A stretch of DNA of 64,000 bases. Source: an uncultured Gemmatimonadota bacterium (GTDB lineage: Bacteria; 4572-55). A model generated the notes under the pieces. That model was not told where the DNA came from, did no database searches, and worked only from the letters and a program-made list of their open reading frames with translations. The translations under genes and the position numbers were made by a program. The stretch lies in assembly GCA_964404765.1 (NCBI GenBank), contig CAYOLL010000002.1, forward strand, positions 6,604 through 70,603. Direction: 5' to 3'. This document shows, one piece after another, positions 27,081 through 35,357 of the stretch (the first letter of the stretch is position 1; every line of letters begins with the position of its first letter).

Positions 27081-29477
27081 TTACAGCAAGGCGGCTGTCT
27101 TATCGGCAACAGCGCTTAGCCGGCGCTGCTCCAGATAATTCGGGATACTCAGGCTTGGCAAGTCGGGCCGAAGCTGTGGCGCTGCAAAGGTCAATGCCGG
27201 ATCCGTCGGCGGCAGAAAGCGACCGGTCGCCGCCATTTGTACGGTTTGGTGATTGATTGTTAAAGGGTCTTTTTGCGTGGGCCGGTAGTGGGCTTCAATA
27301 TGCCGATCTTTTTCTAAAATGACTAAATGCTCGTAAATTTGACGGTCCGCTCCCGGCCATCGCAAACGAACAAAAACATGCTCATGCAAGCCGTGGCCTT
27401 CCAACTTTACCGTAACATGGCTATTTTCCTGGGTGAACTCAAATCGAATCTGCTCCTGCCGGCCGATGTTCAAAAGCCCGCCCGCCTTCGTAAAGCGCTC
27501 CGGCAAACGTGGCGCAACCCCAATCTCACGCGTCAGCATATTCGGCTGGATGCCCAAAAAGTCCTGCTGAAAATTGCGCACAAACTCTGCGACCGACCAG
27601 GCCTGCGAATAGGCGCCGGTCAACTGCAACTTGCCATTGGGCTTGGGCAAGGGTTCCACTAACTCGGTTAGCGAGCCGGGCATTCCTGTATTCAGGATTT
27701 GGTCCGCCAAATTTTGGGCTAACGCAAAGGCCAGATTTTCGTAACCAAAACGAACCAAGGCGCTGATGACCGGCCCGGTCAGCCATTGCCAGCACAAACC
27801 ATTGTGATATGCCGCATCAAAATGATAAATTTGACCGTGGTGATAAGGGTGAAATTCATCGTCCTGCGGATCGAGCGAGGCCAAGCCATGGGGATAGGTC
27901 AGGCGCGTTACTACTTGTTTTAAAATGCCGTGCTGGATAGCCGGATCATCAATCAAATCAGCCAACAGCGGCACGGTCAGGGCAAATATCTGGTTAGGCC
28001 GAATCTGTCGGTTTGGCGCATCCGCCGCGGTCAGATGATCGTAAAGAGCGTTGGTTTGCGGATCATAAAACCGAGCCATAAAATTGGCTTTGAGTTCCGC
28101 CGCCATTCCCTGCCAAATGGCCTCTTCCCGACCATGTCCGAGACAATGGGCAATTCTGGCGCTGACCTTAAGCTGGGTGAACCACAGGGCCTGAATTTCG
28201 ACCGCGCGATTGCCGCGCGGCGACCAGGCTTGCTGCCCCTGAATACGCGCATCCATCCAGGTGTCGGCAAGGTCGTGCGTCAAGAAGCCATCCTTATCAA
28301 CGAAATTTGTTTTTGCGCCATCAATCGCCCGTTTGATAATCGGAAACATTTGCTCGGCCAGACGCAGATCGCCTGTGTAGCAAATGTACTCATAAATCTC
28401 GCGAATAAACCAGGGCGTGGCATCCGTGGTATTATAGATGATGTCCGTTGGTGACGCAATCCGGTTTGGGATGCGGCCATTAAGCGGATCGCTTGCATTA
28501 TCTTTTTGATTTTGCGCGAAGTTGCTTATAATTTCCTGCGCAGCCGTAAACTGCCCGGCGACAAGACAAATTCCCGGCAAGGCAATAAAGGTATCACGTC
28601 CCCAGCACTGATGAAACCAGGGCAGACCCGCCCACAGCCCCGGCCCGTTTTGTTGCACCAGCAAATCATTTCCGGAAATCAGACACCATTGCAGCGCCCG
28701 GTCATAATCGCTCAGGTTGGTCGAAAAAGCGGTTTGTGCCAGTAAATTGCTGACCCGATTGGCCCGCGCGGAACGAAAGGCGCTGATGTCCGGCCTGGTA
28801 TCGGCAGCTTCATTCGTCTGGAAAATAAAATCTATTTTGACTTCGCTGACCGTGCCAAAATCCAGCCAACCCAAAATGCCTTTTTGACAAGAAAACTCCG
28901 TTGGCAGCTCCGCCTCACCCGGCGTGCCGGTAACCCATTGCAGCGCCGATCCACAAATATGGATGATCTGGCCGGTTGCCAAATCGGCAAAATGTAGCTC
29001 GTTTTCCGTTGCCGGCTCGATTTTCGGGGCGACGCCTGAATCCAGAAATGCCGGAATAAGCTGCACGGATCGTGGCCGATTCAATTGCAGCCGGACGACA
29101 AAGCCCGCTTTGCCCCGCAAGACCGTGAGCGTTTCCGTATAATCGTCGTACGTCCGCTGCAAACCGTCCGGACTCAATTCAATTGCCGGCGCATCGTGCA
29201 AGACTGAGACGCCATCAACCCGCCAGATAAAATCGATCAGAAAGCGGCGGCCAGCCAGCGTATAGCCGCCGTAAGTTGTGTTATAGCCGGTAGTTTGACC
29301 TTCCCAAAAACCGCCCACACCATCGACAAAGGCGTAGACGCGGGTTGGTTGCTTTTCGAGTCGAAAATTCAACAAATCGGGATGATTAGCGCTCATTGGC
29401 TTCCTATACGGACAAATGCCTGATTCAGTCGCAGAAAAATTCGTCATAAAAACAGGCGAAAGATACGGCAGGGACAT
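27081..29477 (-). CDS. Amylo-alpha-1,6-glucosidase / glycogen-debranching-enzyme-like glycoside hydrolase (GDE_C family)
   Basis: 'GLPWFHQCWGRDTFIALPG' is the hallmark of GDE_C family six-hairpin glycosidases. The protein is 798 aa. glgC lies 3.6 kb away. Confidence 0.75.
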   Translation of the reverse strand: MSLPYLSPVFMTNFSATESGICPYRKPMSANHPDLLNFRLEKQPTRVYAFVDGVGGFWEGQTTGYNTTYGGYTLAGRRFLIDFIWRVDGVSVLHDAPAIELSPDGLQRTYDDYTETLTVLRGKAGFVVRLQLNRPRSVQLIPAFLDSGVAPKIEPATENELHFADLATGQIIHICGSALQWVTGTPGEAELPTEFSCQKGILGWLDFGTVSEVKIDFIFQTNEAADTRPDISAFRSARANRVSNLLAQTAFSTNLSDYDRALQWCLISGNDLLVQQNGPGLWAGLPWFHQCWGRDTFIALPGICLVAGQFTAAQEIISNFAQNQKDNASDPLNGRIPNRIASPTDIIYNTTDATPWFIREIYEYICYTGDLRLAEQMFPIIKRAIDGAKTNFVDKDGFLTHDLADTWMDARIQGQQAWSPRGNRAVEIQALWFTQLKVSARIAHCLGHGREEAIWQGMAAELKANFMARFYDPQTNALYDHLTAADAPNRQIRPNQIFALTVPLLADLIDDPAIQHGILKQVVTRLTYPHGLASLDPQDDEFHPYHHGQIYHFDAAYHNGLCWQWLTGPVISALVRFGYENLAFALAQNLADQILNTGMPGSLTELVEPLPKPNGKLQLTGAYSQAWSVAEFVRNFQQDFLGIQPNMLTREIGVAPRLPERFTKAGGLLNIGRQEQIRFEFTQENSHVTVKLEGHGLHEHVFVRLRWPGADRQIYEHLVILEKDRHIEAHYRPTQKDPLTINHQTVQMAATGRFLPPTDPALTFAAPQLRPDLPSLSIPNYLEQRRLSAVADKTAALL

Positions 29478-29628
29478 GGATCGGGCAAGAGGAAATGGGT
29501 TTGCAAATCGAAAATAAATGCAACAATTGTCAATTTTTTTATGGAATGTGGCTCCTGGCTTAATGTATTATGCTGGCAGTCAACAAGCTGTCTGATCAAA
29601 TTCATTTTTTTTTCAAGGAGATTTTAAA

Positions 29629-30237
29629 ATGCGTCGTTTAATTTTAACTGTTTGCTGGTTTGTTCTCTGGGCAGCCACCGTTCAAGCCGATACTTTTTAT
29701 CTTAAGGACGGAACGGTCATTAAAGGCTGGATCGAAAAGGCTGATGTGGCGACTTATACGATTAAGACCAATTTAGGCGTGGTAACCATTCCGCGTGAAC
29801 AAATCCAGCGCATCGACGTTCAGGCAAATGCCGATAGTCTTAACGCAAATACCGTAACGAATCCGGGCAATATCAATGTCAATGTGCCGGAAAATCTTAA
29901 TGTCAATATGACCCAAACGGATCAGCGGGTGGGCGCAGGCTCGTCGATTATGACGATTGGCGGCGGCGCACTGGGCGTTTGCGCAGGCTTGCTCGTAGGC
30001 GGTTTAATTCTCAGCAATAGTGATGGTAATGACAATGGTGACGTGCTATTGGTGAGTGGCTTAATCGGTTTAGGTGTCGGCGCGATTATTGGCTGGAGCG
30101 CTTCCAAACCGAAGCGCCACAGCTTGCTGGAAGTTGACCGCAACTTCCGCCTGACATTGACCCAGCCGGATGTCCATCTTACACCCCTGCGCAAAGGCGT
30201 TGATGTGGAAATGGCGCTTTTATCCGCCAGTTTTTAA
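29629..30237 (+). CDS. Hypothetical secreted or membrane protein with a Gly-rich C-terminal TM region
   Basis: Signal peptide 'MRRLILTVCWFVLWAATVQA'. The motif 'DTFYLKDGTVIKGWIEK' is followed by a hydrophobic segment 'GGGALGVCAGLLVGGLILS'. Confidence 0.5.
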   Translation: MRRLILTVCWFVLWAATVQADTFYLKDGTVIKGWIEKADVATYTIKTNLGVVTIPREQIQRIDVQANADSLNANTVTNPGNINVNVPENLNVNMTQTDQRVGAGSSIMTIGGGALGVCAGLLVGGLILSNSDGNDNGDVLLVSGLIGLGVGAIIGWSASKPKRHSLLEVDRNFRLTLTQPDVHLTPLRKGVDVEMALLSASF

Positions 30238-30257
30238 CAAGAAAGCAAAAAGTCTAA

Positions 30258-30854
30258 ATGTTGACAGAAGAAAATATTAGCCGTATTTTGTATGACGATC
30301 ATCAGCCGTTAAATTGGTCTGTGGAGTTTGGCGCCGACCAGTCGGTTGAAGTCGAATTGGGTTCGGGTACGGGTCGTTTTATTGTGGATTGTGCTGCCCG
30401 CTTTCCCCGCGTAAATTTTGTTGGAATTGAAAAGAGCGGCAAATGGCTGGGCAAGACCGCCCGACGCGCACTCAGACAGCAGTTGCCAAATATCCGTCTG
30501 TTTCGGACGGATTCCGCGCAATTTTTAAGAGAGAATATTCCACCGGCCAGTGTGCAGAATTTTCATATCCATTTCCCGGACCCCTGGTGGAAAACACGAC
30601 ACTGGAAGCGACGGATATTTCAAACGGATTTTTGCGCCAATTTAAACAAGGGTTTGATCCCGGGCGGGCACGTCCATATTATGACCGATGTTGCCGCTTA
30701 TTTTAAAATTATTGTCGCAATAATGGACGAACATTCCGGCTTAAAGCGGATCGAATTTGTCGATGACCCCGAGCGCATTGTGACCAATTACGAAGAAAAA
30801 GCGCTAAAAACCGGCGGAACAATTTATAAAGTACGGTATTGGAAAGCGTGTTGA
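30258..30854 (+). CDS. trmB: tRNA (guanine46-N7)-methyltransferase
   Basis: 'GSGTGRFIVDCAARFPRVNFVGIE' and the TrmB signature 'FHIHFPDPWWKTRHWKRRIF'. Confidence 0.9.
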   Translation: MLTEENISRILYDDHQPLNWSVEFGADQSVEVELGSGTGRFIVDCAARFPRVNFVGIEKSGKWLGKTARRALRQQLPNIRLFRTDSAQFLRENIPPASVQNFHIHFPDPWWKTRHWKRRIFQTDFCANLNKGLIPGGHVHIMTDVAAYFKIIVAIMDEHSGLKRIEFVDDPERIVTNYEEKALKTGGTIYKVRYWKAC

Positions 30855-30891
30855 TGTTATCCCAATGTCATTAAGTTAAGAAACGTCGATA

Positions 30892-31040
30892 AAATAAGTT
30901 TGGGTTTTGGAGTAAATGCGCCGGATGTGTGACCCTAAGGGTTTTGCTTTTTAACCCTTAGGGTCTCTGGCCTCCTCGGAACACACCCTAAGGGTTGAAG
31001 AGCAAAACCCTTAGGGTGAACTTACCCAAAGTTATTAAAT
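30892..31040. repeat. Family-1 MITE-like element, copy 2
   Basis: aaataagtttgggt ... acccaaagttattaaat, with the same four CCCTAAGGG/CCCTTAGGG palindromes. It is more than 85% identical to 6594-6743. Confidence 0.7.
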
Positions 31041-31165
31041 GGATGGTAAATATTTTCGAGAAGTTTTGTCATTTCAAATTCACGGGTGCGGTTACGGCGA
31101 AGAAATTACGGCGCTAAAAGAGAAAAATATCCGCGACGTTAGACCTCTTCACTTTATAAGGATCG

Positions 31166-31630
31166 GTGATGACAGAAATAATCACGGTACGCTCAGTCGT
31201 TCAAGATGATTTTCCCGCATGGAAAATATTATGGGATGGATATAATGCCTTCTATGGTCGCAAGGGTAAAACGGCGTTACCCCTAGAAACAACTAATGTA
31301 ACCTGGTCTCGCTTTTTTGACACTTATGAGCCAATGTATGCGCTTGTTGCTGTCAGTTCGGGTGAAATTGTAGGTCTGGCGCATTACCTCTTTCATCGTA
31401 GCACAATAAGTATTAACTCCACTTGTTATTTGCAAGATTTATTCACAAGCGAAACGGCGCGTGGAAAAGGAGTTGGTCACGCACTGATTAAGGCTGTTTC
31501 TGAACGTGCTAAAGCAGGTGGTTCAGCGCGTCTCTATTGGCAAACACATGAAACAAATGTGACTGCAATGCAACTATATGATAAAGTTGCTGAAAAATCA
31601 GGGTTTATAGTTTACCGAAAGGCAATTTAA
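31166..31630 (+). CDS. GNAT-family N-acetyltransferase
   Basis: 'ARGKGVGHALIKAV' is the acetyl-CoA-binding motif (R/Q-x-x-G-x-G/A). 154 aa. Confidence 0.8.
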   Translation: MMTEIITVRSVVQDDFPAWKILWDGYNAFYGRKGKTALPLETTNVTWSRFFDTYEPMYALVAVSSGEIVGLAHYLFHRSTISINSTCYLQDLFTSETARGKGVGHALIKAVSERAKAGGSARLYWQTHETNVTAMQLYDKVAEKSGFIVYRKAI

Positions 31631-31790
31631 CCGAGGAGAGTGAAGGGGAATATCCGTTTGAAATCTCTGAAATCTCTATGAAGGCTGGATGCTGATTGAA
31701 AAATCTTGACTTTCCATTAGCAAATATCGAAATTAGATCTTGTAGCTCACGAAGTTGCAAGGTCTAATTCTTTTTCGGAGGTAATAAACC

Positions 31791-32681
31791 ATGAACGAAA
31801 AACGAACATTGGTCAGCTTTGATTGGGCGATCAAAAATATTCTGCAGGATAAAGCCAATTATGATGTGCTGGAAGGCTTTCTCAGCACGCTTTTGGAAAA
31901 AGACATCAAAATCCTTTCTATTATGGAAAGCGAGAGTAATCAAGAACATCAATCCGATAAATTTAATCGGGTGGATTTGGTTGTAGAAGATGAACACGGC
32001 GAAATCTTGATCATTGAAGTGCAAAATGATCGAGAAATCCATTACCTGGAGCGGCTTTTATATGGCAGTTCCAAAACGATTGTGGAACGTATAGAATCGG
32101 GAGAATCATACGAAAATGTGAAAAAGGTTATCTCGATCAACATTCTGTATTTTCTGTTGGGCGATGGCGAGACCGATTATATCTATAGGGGCAAGACTGA
32201 TTTTTATGGATTCAATGATCATAAAAAGCTGGAGTTCCGGCATCGCAAAAAGGATGCGGTTTTAGGCAATGGCATTAAGACGAGTCAGAGCATTTTTCCG
32301 GAATATTATCTGATCGAAGTAGAACGTTTTCATAATCAAATCCGAAAGGACATTGACGAGTGGGTGTATTTCTTTAAGAATTCGGAAATCAAGCCGGAAT
32401 TTAAATCCAAAAATATCCAAAAAGCCAAAGAAAAACTGGATTTGCTAAAGATGACGCCGGAGCAGCGCAAGGCTTATGAGCGGTATAAAGAAAATCGCCG
32501 AAGTGAAAAGGAAGCTATTGATACAGCTAAAGAAGAAGGCCGTGAGGAAAGAGATGTGGAAATCGTTCGTGCATCCTTGAAGGAAGGCTTATCAATTGAG
32601 CAAATTTCTCGAATCACCCATTTAACGATTGCGCAAATAAACAGTATATCGGCGGAAGTCCTCAATTATCGCACGATCTGA
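31791..32681 (+). CDS. Rpn-family recombination-promoting nuclease / putative transposase (PD-(D/E)xK, PDDEXK_2)
   Basis: 'FDWAIKNIL...DKFNRVDLVVEDEHGEILIIEVQNDRE' is the D...E.Q core of YhgA/Rpn-like nucleases. The C-terminal helix is 'LSIEQISRITHLTIAQINSI'. Confidence 0.7.
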   Translation: MNEKRTLVSFDWAIKNILQDKANYDVLEGFLSTLLEKDIKILSIMESESNQEHQSDKFNRVDLVVEDEHGEILIIEVQNDREIHYLERLLYGSSKTIVERIESGESYENVKKVISINILYFLLGDGETDYIYRGKTDFYGFNDHKKLEFRHRKKDAVLGNGIKTSQSIFPEYYLIEVERFHNQIRKDIDEWVYFFKNSEIKPEFKSKNIQKAKEKLDLLKMTPEQRKAYERYKENRRSEKEAIDTAKEEGREERDVEIVRASLKEGLSIEQISRITHLTIAQINSISAEVLNYRTI

Positions 32682-32772
32682 AATTGCCGCTTGACTTTTC
32701 GCGTTAAGTTTTTGATATTAGACCTTGTGACGAATGTTGCAAGGTCTAATTCTTTTGAGGAGATACGAAACA

Positions 32773-32880
32773 ATGAAACATGCTGCCCCATTAAGATATG
32801 ATGTCATCTTCAAAAAGGCATTTGACCGCCGAAAGTCTTTACGCTCCAAAACGTATCGACCTCGAATATTTCAAAGCTAA
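32773..32880 (+). pseudogene. Decayed second copy of an Rpn-family gene (35-codon remnant, then frameshifted)
   Basis: 'MKHAAPLRYDVIFKKAFDRRKS...' is a typical Rpn N-terminus, then stops. It is preceded by the same hairpin-plus-leader ttgcaaggtctaattctttt as the intact copy. Confidence 0.45.
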
Positions 32881-33054
32881 AGCAGGCAAGCATGGTTATC
32901 AAGCGCTGATTAGCGACATTTTGCCACAGAGGCGTTAAAGCCGAAAAAATTCCGAAGTCTCAAGTCTGGGATAATAACGGTTTCTCAAAAAATATTTTAA
33001 AATAAATCCTTATGTATTTACTCATTTAAACTCGTCACATCACGGAGGATCAAC

Positions 33055-34344
33055 ATGCGAAATGTTTTGGCAATTATTCTGGGCGGCGGTCGCGGCACCC
33101 GGCTTTATCCGTTAACAATGCACCGCGCTAAACCGGCAGTTCCTTTGGCCGGCAAATACCGTCTGATCGATATTCCTTTAAGCAACTGCATTAATTCCAA
33201 CATCCAGCGCATTTTTGTCTTAACCCAATTCAACTCGGCTTCACTGAATCGTCACATTGGGACAACTTTTCGATTTTCCAACTTCTCGACCGGTTTTGTG
33301 GAGGTGTTGGCCGCGCAGCAGACTATCGAAAATCCATATTGGTTTCAAGGCACAGCCGATGCCGTGCGCCAGCACCTGCGCGAAATAGCGCACCATAACG
33401 CCACCGAGCACCTGATTTTGGCCGGCGATCATCTGTATCGCATGGATTATTCACAATTTGTGCAGCACCATCGTGACACCAACGCCGACATTACCATTGC
33501 CGTGCGGCCGATGGATGAGGCTAATGCTTCCAGCTTCGGCATCATGAAGATTGACGACCGCGGGCGAATTGTGGCCTTTAAAGAAAAGCCGGAAGGTGAA
33601 GAACTCCGTCAAATGCAAGTGGACACACGTGTCCTCGGCCTTGATGAGGCGAGCGCTCAGCTGTCGCCTTATATTGCGTCCATGGGAATTTATGTCTTCA
33701 AGCCAAAAGTCTTGATCGACTTGTTGACTACAACGCCACAACATACGGATTTTGGCAAAGAAATTCTGCCCGGGGCGATTGAGAATTTAAACGTGCAAGC
33801 CTATATGTTTAATGGCTATTGGGAAGACATCGGCACAGTGGAATCCTTCTACAAATCCAACCTGGCGTTGATTAAGCAGCCCAACCCGCCGTTTAGTTTT
33901 TATGACGCCAAAGCGCCGATTTATACGCGTCCGCTGTTTTTACCGCCAAATAAAATTCAGGATTGCCATATTACAGAATCCATGATTAGCGAAGGTTGCA
34001 TTATCAAGGATGCCAAGATTAATGGCTCAATTATCGGCGTGCGTTCGCGCATCGAATCCGGCGCAATTATCGACTGCTCGATGCTGATGGGCGCCGACCA
34101 TTATCAATCACTCGAAGAGCGCGAAGCCGACATTGCCGCCGGCATTCCCCCTATTGGTATCGGCAAAGGTTCGGAGATTCGCAAGGCCATCATCGACAAA
34201 AATACGCGTATTGGCCAAAACGTAAAGATCATCAACAAAGACAACAAGCAGGAAGATCGCCAGGAAAAATACGGCTACTGCATTAGCGGCGGCATTGTCC
34301 TGACGGTTAAAGGCGCCACAATTCCTGATAATACTGTGATTTAG
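33055..34344 (+). CDS. glgC: Glucose-1-phosphate adenylyltransferase
   Basis: '[61 protein letters not shown]' is the canonical GlgC N-terminus. The C-terminal left-handed beta-helix region is present. Confidence 0.9.
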   Translation: MRNVLAIILGGGRGTRLYPLTMHRAKPAVPLAGKYRLIDIPLSNCINSNIQRIFVLTQFNSASLNRHIGTTFRFSNFSTGFVEVLAAQQTIENPYWFQGTADAVRQHLREIAHHNATEHLILAGDHLYRMDYSQFVQHHRDTNADITIAVRPMDEANASSFGIMKIDDRGRIVAFKEKPEGEELRQMQVDTRVLGLDEASAQLSPYIASMGIYVFKPKVLIDLLTTTPQHTDFGKEILPGAIENLNVQAYMFNGYWEDIGTVESFYKSNLALIKQPNPPFSFYDAKAPIYTRPLFLPPNKIQDCHITESMISEGCIIKDAKINGSIIGVRSRIESGAIIDCSMLMGADHYQSLEEREADIAAGIPPIGIGKGSEIRKAIIDKNTRIGQNVKIINKDNKQEDRQEKYGYCISGGIVLTVKGATIPDNTVI

Positions 34345-34370
34345 CTAGCCCGAAAATTGTCTGTAAACAA

Positions 34371-34414
34371 AAAGCCCTTCGGTTTTTCTCAATAACCGAA
34401 GGGCTTTCTTTTTT
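34371..34414 (+). terminator. Rho-independent terminator of glgC
   Basis: Stem aaagcccttcggtt / aaccgaagggcttt, followed by TCTTTTTT. Confidence 0.7.
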
Positions 34415-34575
34415 CAGCAGCCTTAACGTCTTATTGTGAAAGGAGATATGCTGATTTTAGGTTGCTTTTAGTCAGGACTTGGAAGGTTAGAGTACAATCC
34501 GCATTCCCAAATTTTATTTGGGAATGCGTTCGCAAGCGAAAGTGGATATTTGATTAAGGATGCTTGAGATGGCTT

Positions 34576-34734
34576 CTACACCGTCTGTTGGCTGATTTCC
34601 CGACCGCATTGATAGCAATAGGGCGTGCCGACGCTGGCAAACAGCAGCCGCAGATAATCGTCAATCTCCATCACCGTGCCGACCGCGCCCGGTGTCAAGT
34701 CCCGCTTTTCAAAGCCGACCAACTCGCTAATCGA
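34576..34734 (-). pseudogene. Internal fragment of excinuclease ABC subunit A (uvrA relic)
   Basis: '[37 protein letters not shown]' matches the UvrA block '[30 protein letters not shown]'. Only ~50 aa are similar. It stops immediately after, and the upstream frame is unrelated. Confidence 0.65.
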
Positions 34735-34945
34735 ATGATGACCCGCTGGAAATACCGGCAATTGCTGCTGGCACATAGCTTGCCTCCACCGCAAAAAGGG
34801 ATCAGTTCAGTTTCACGCTTGCAAATACCCGCTGAAAGATATATCTTTCCGTAACCGTTTGGCTATCCTTTTGTTGCACGAATTTATCGTAATTGCTCAG
34901 CAATTCCCGCTTTCTTTAAAAACAGGCTTTAAAGCCACCAAAACT

Positions 34946-35022
34946 GTCATTCCCGCATACTTTTAGCGGGAATCTTGCTACAAATTCGGCTAAGATTCCG
35001 GCTAAAAACGTGCCGGAATGAC
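34946..35022. repeat. Family-2 double-hairpin element, copy 2
   Basis: tgtcattcccgc-atactttta-gcgggaat ... attccgg-ctaaaaacgtg-ccggaatgaca. Confidence 0.6.
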
Positions 35023-35052
35023 ATCTTTGGGGAGATCGCGGGAATTGCTGGT

Positions 35053-35160
35053 AATTGCTCAAAAAGTGGTGGTAAACCTAACCTTGCGAAGGCTTCAGTG
35101 CACGATTTCACAAGTTTTGCAGTAAAGCCTTCGCAAGGTTACCCACGCTTTTTGAGCAAT
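35053..35160. repeat. Family-3 nested palindromic element, copy A
   Basis: Outer arms attgctcaaaaag / ctttttgagcaat. Inner arms aaccttgcgaaggctt / aagccttcgcaaggtt, with a ~37-nt centre. Confidence 0.5.
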
Positions 35161-35357
35161 TACAATTTATCCTGGACGACGGATCAGGTGATCTGAAGTT
35201 AGCATAATCCCCATTTTTTGAAATAGACCAAAACTATCCTCTCCATAAATAAATTTGGATTTAACAAATGCATAAGGATCGCGTCCCTTAAACGAAATCA
35301 ATGCCAGGCTCTGGGGACGGGACAACCACAAGCGAGGGCTGAGGAAATTTATGGGTA

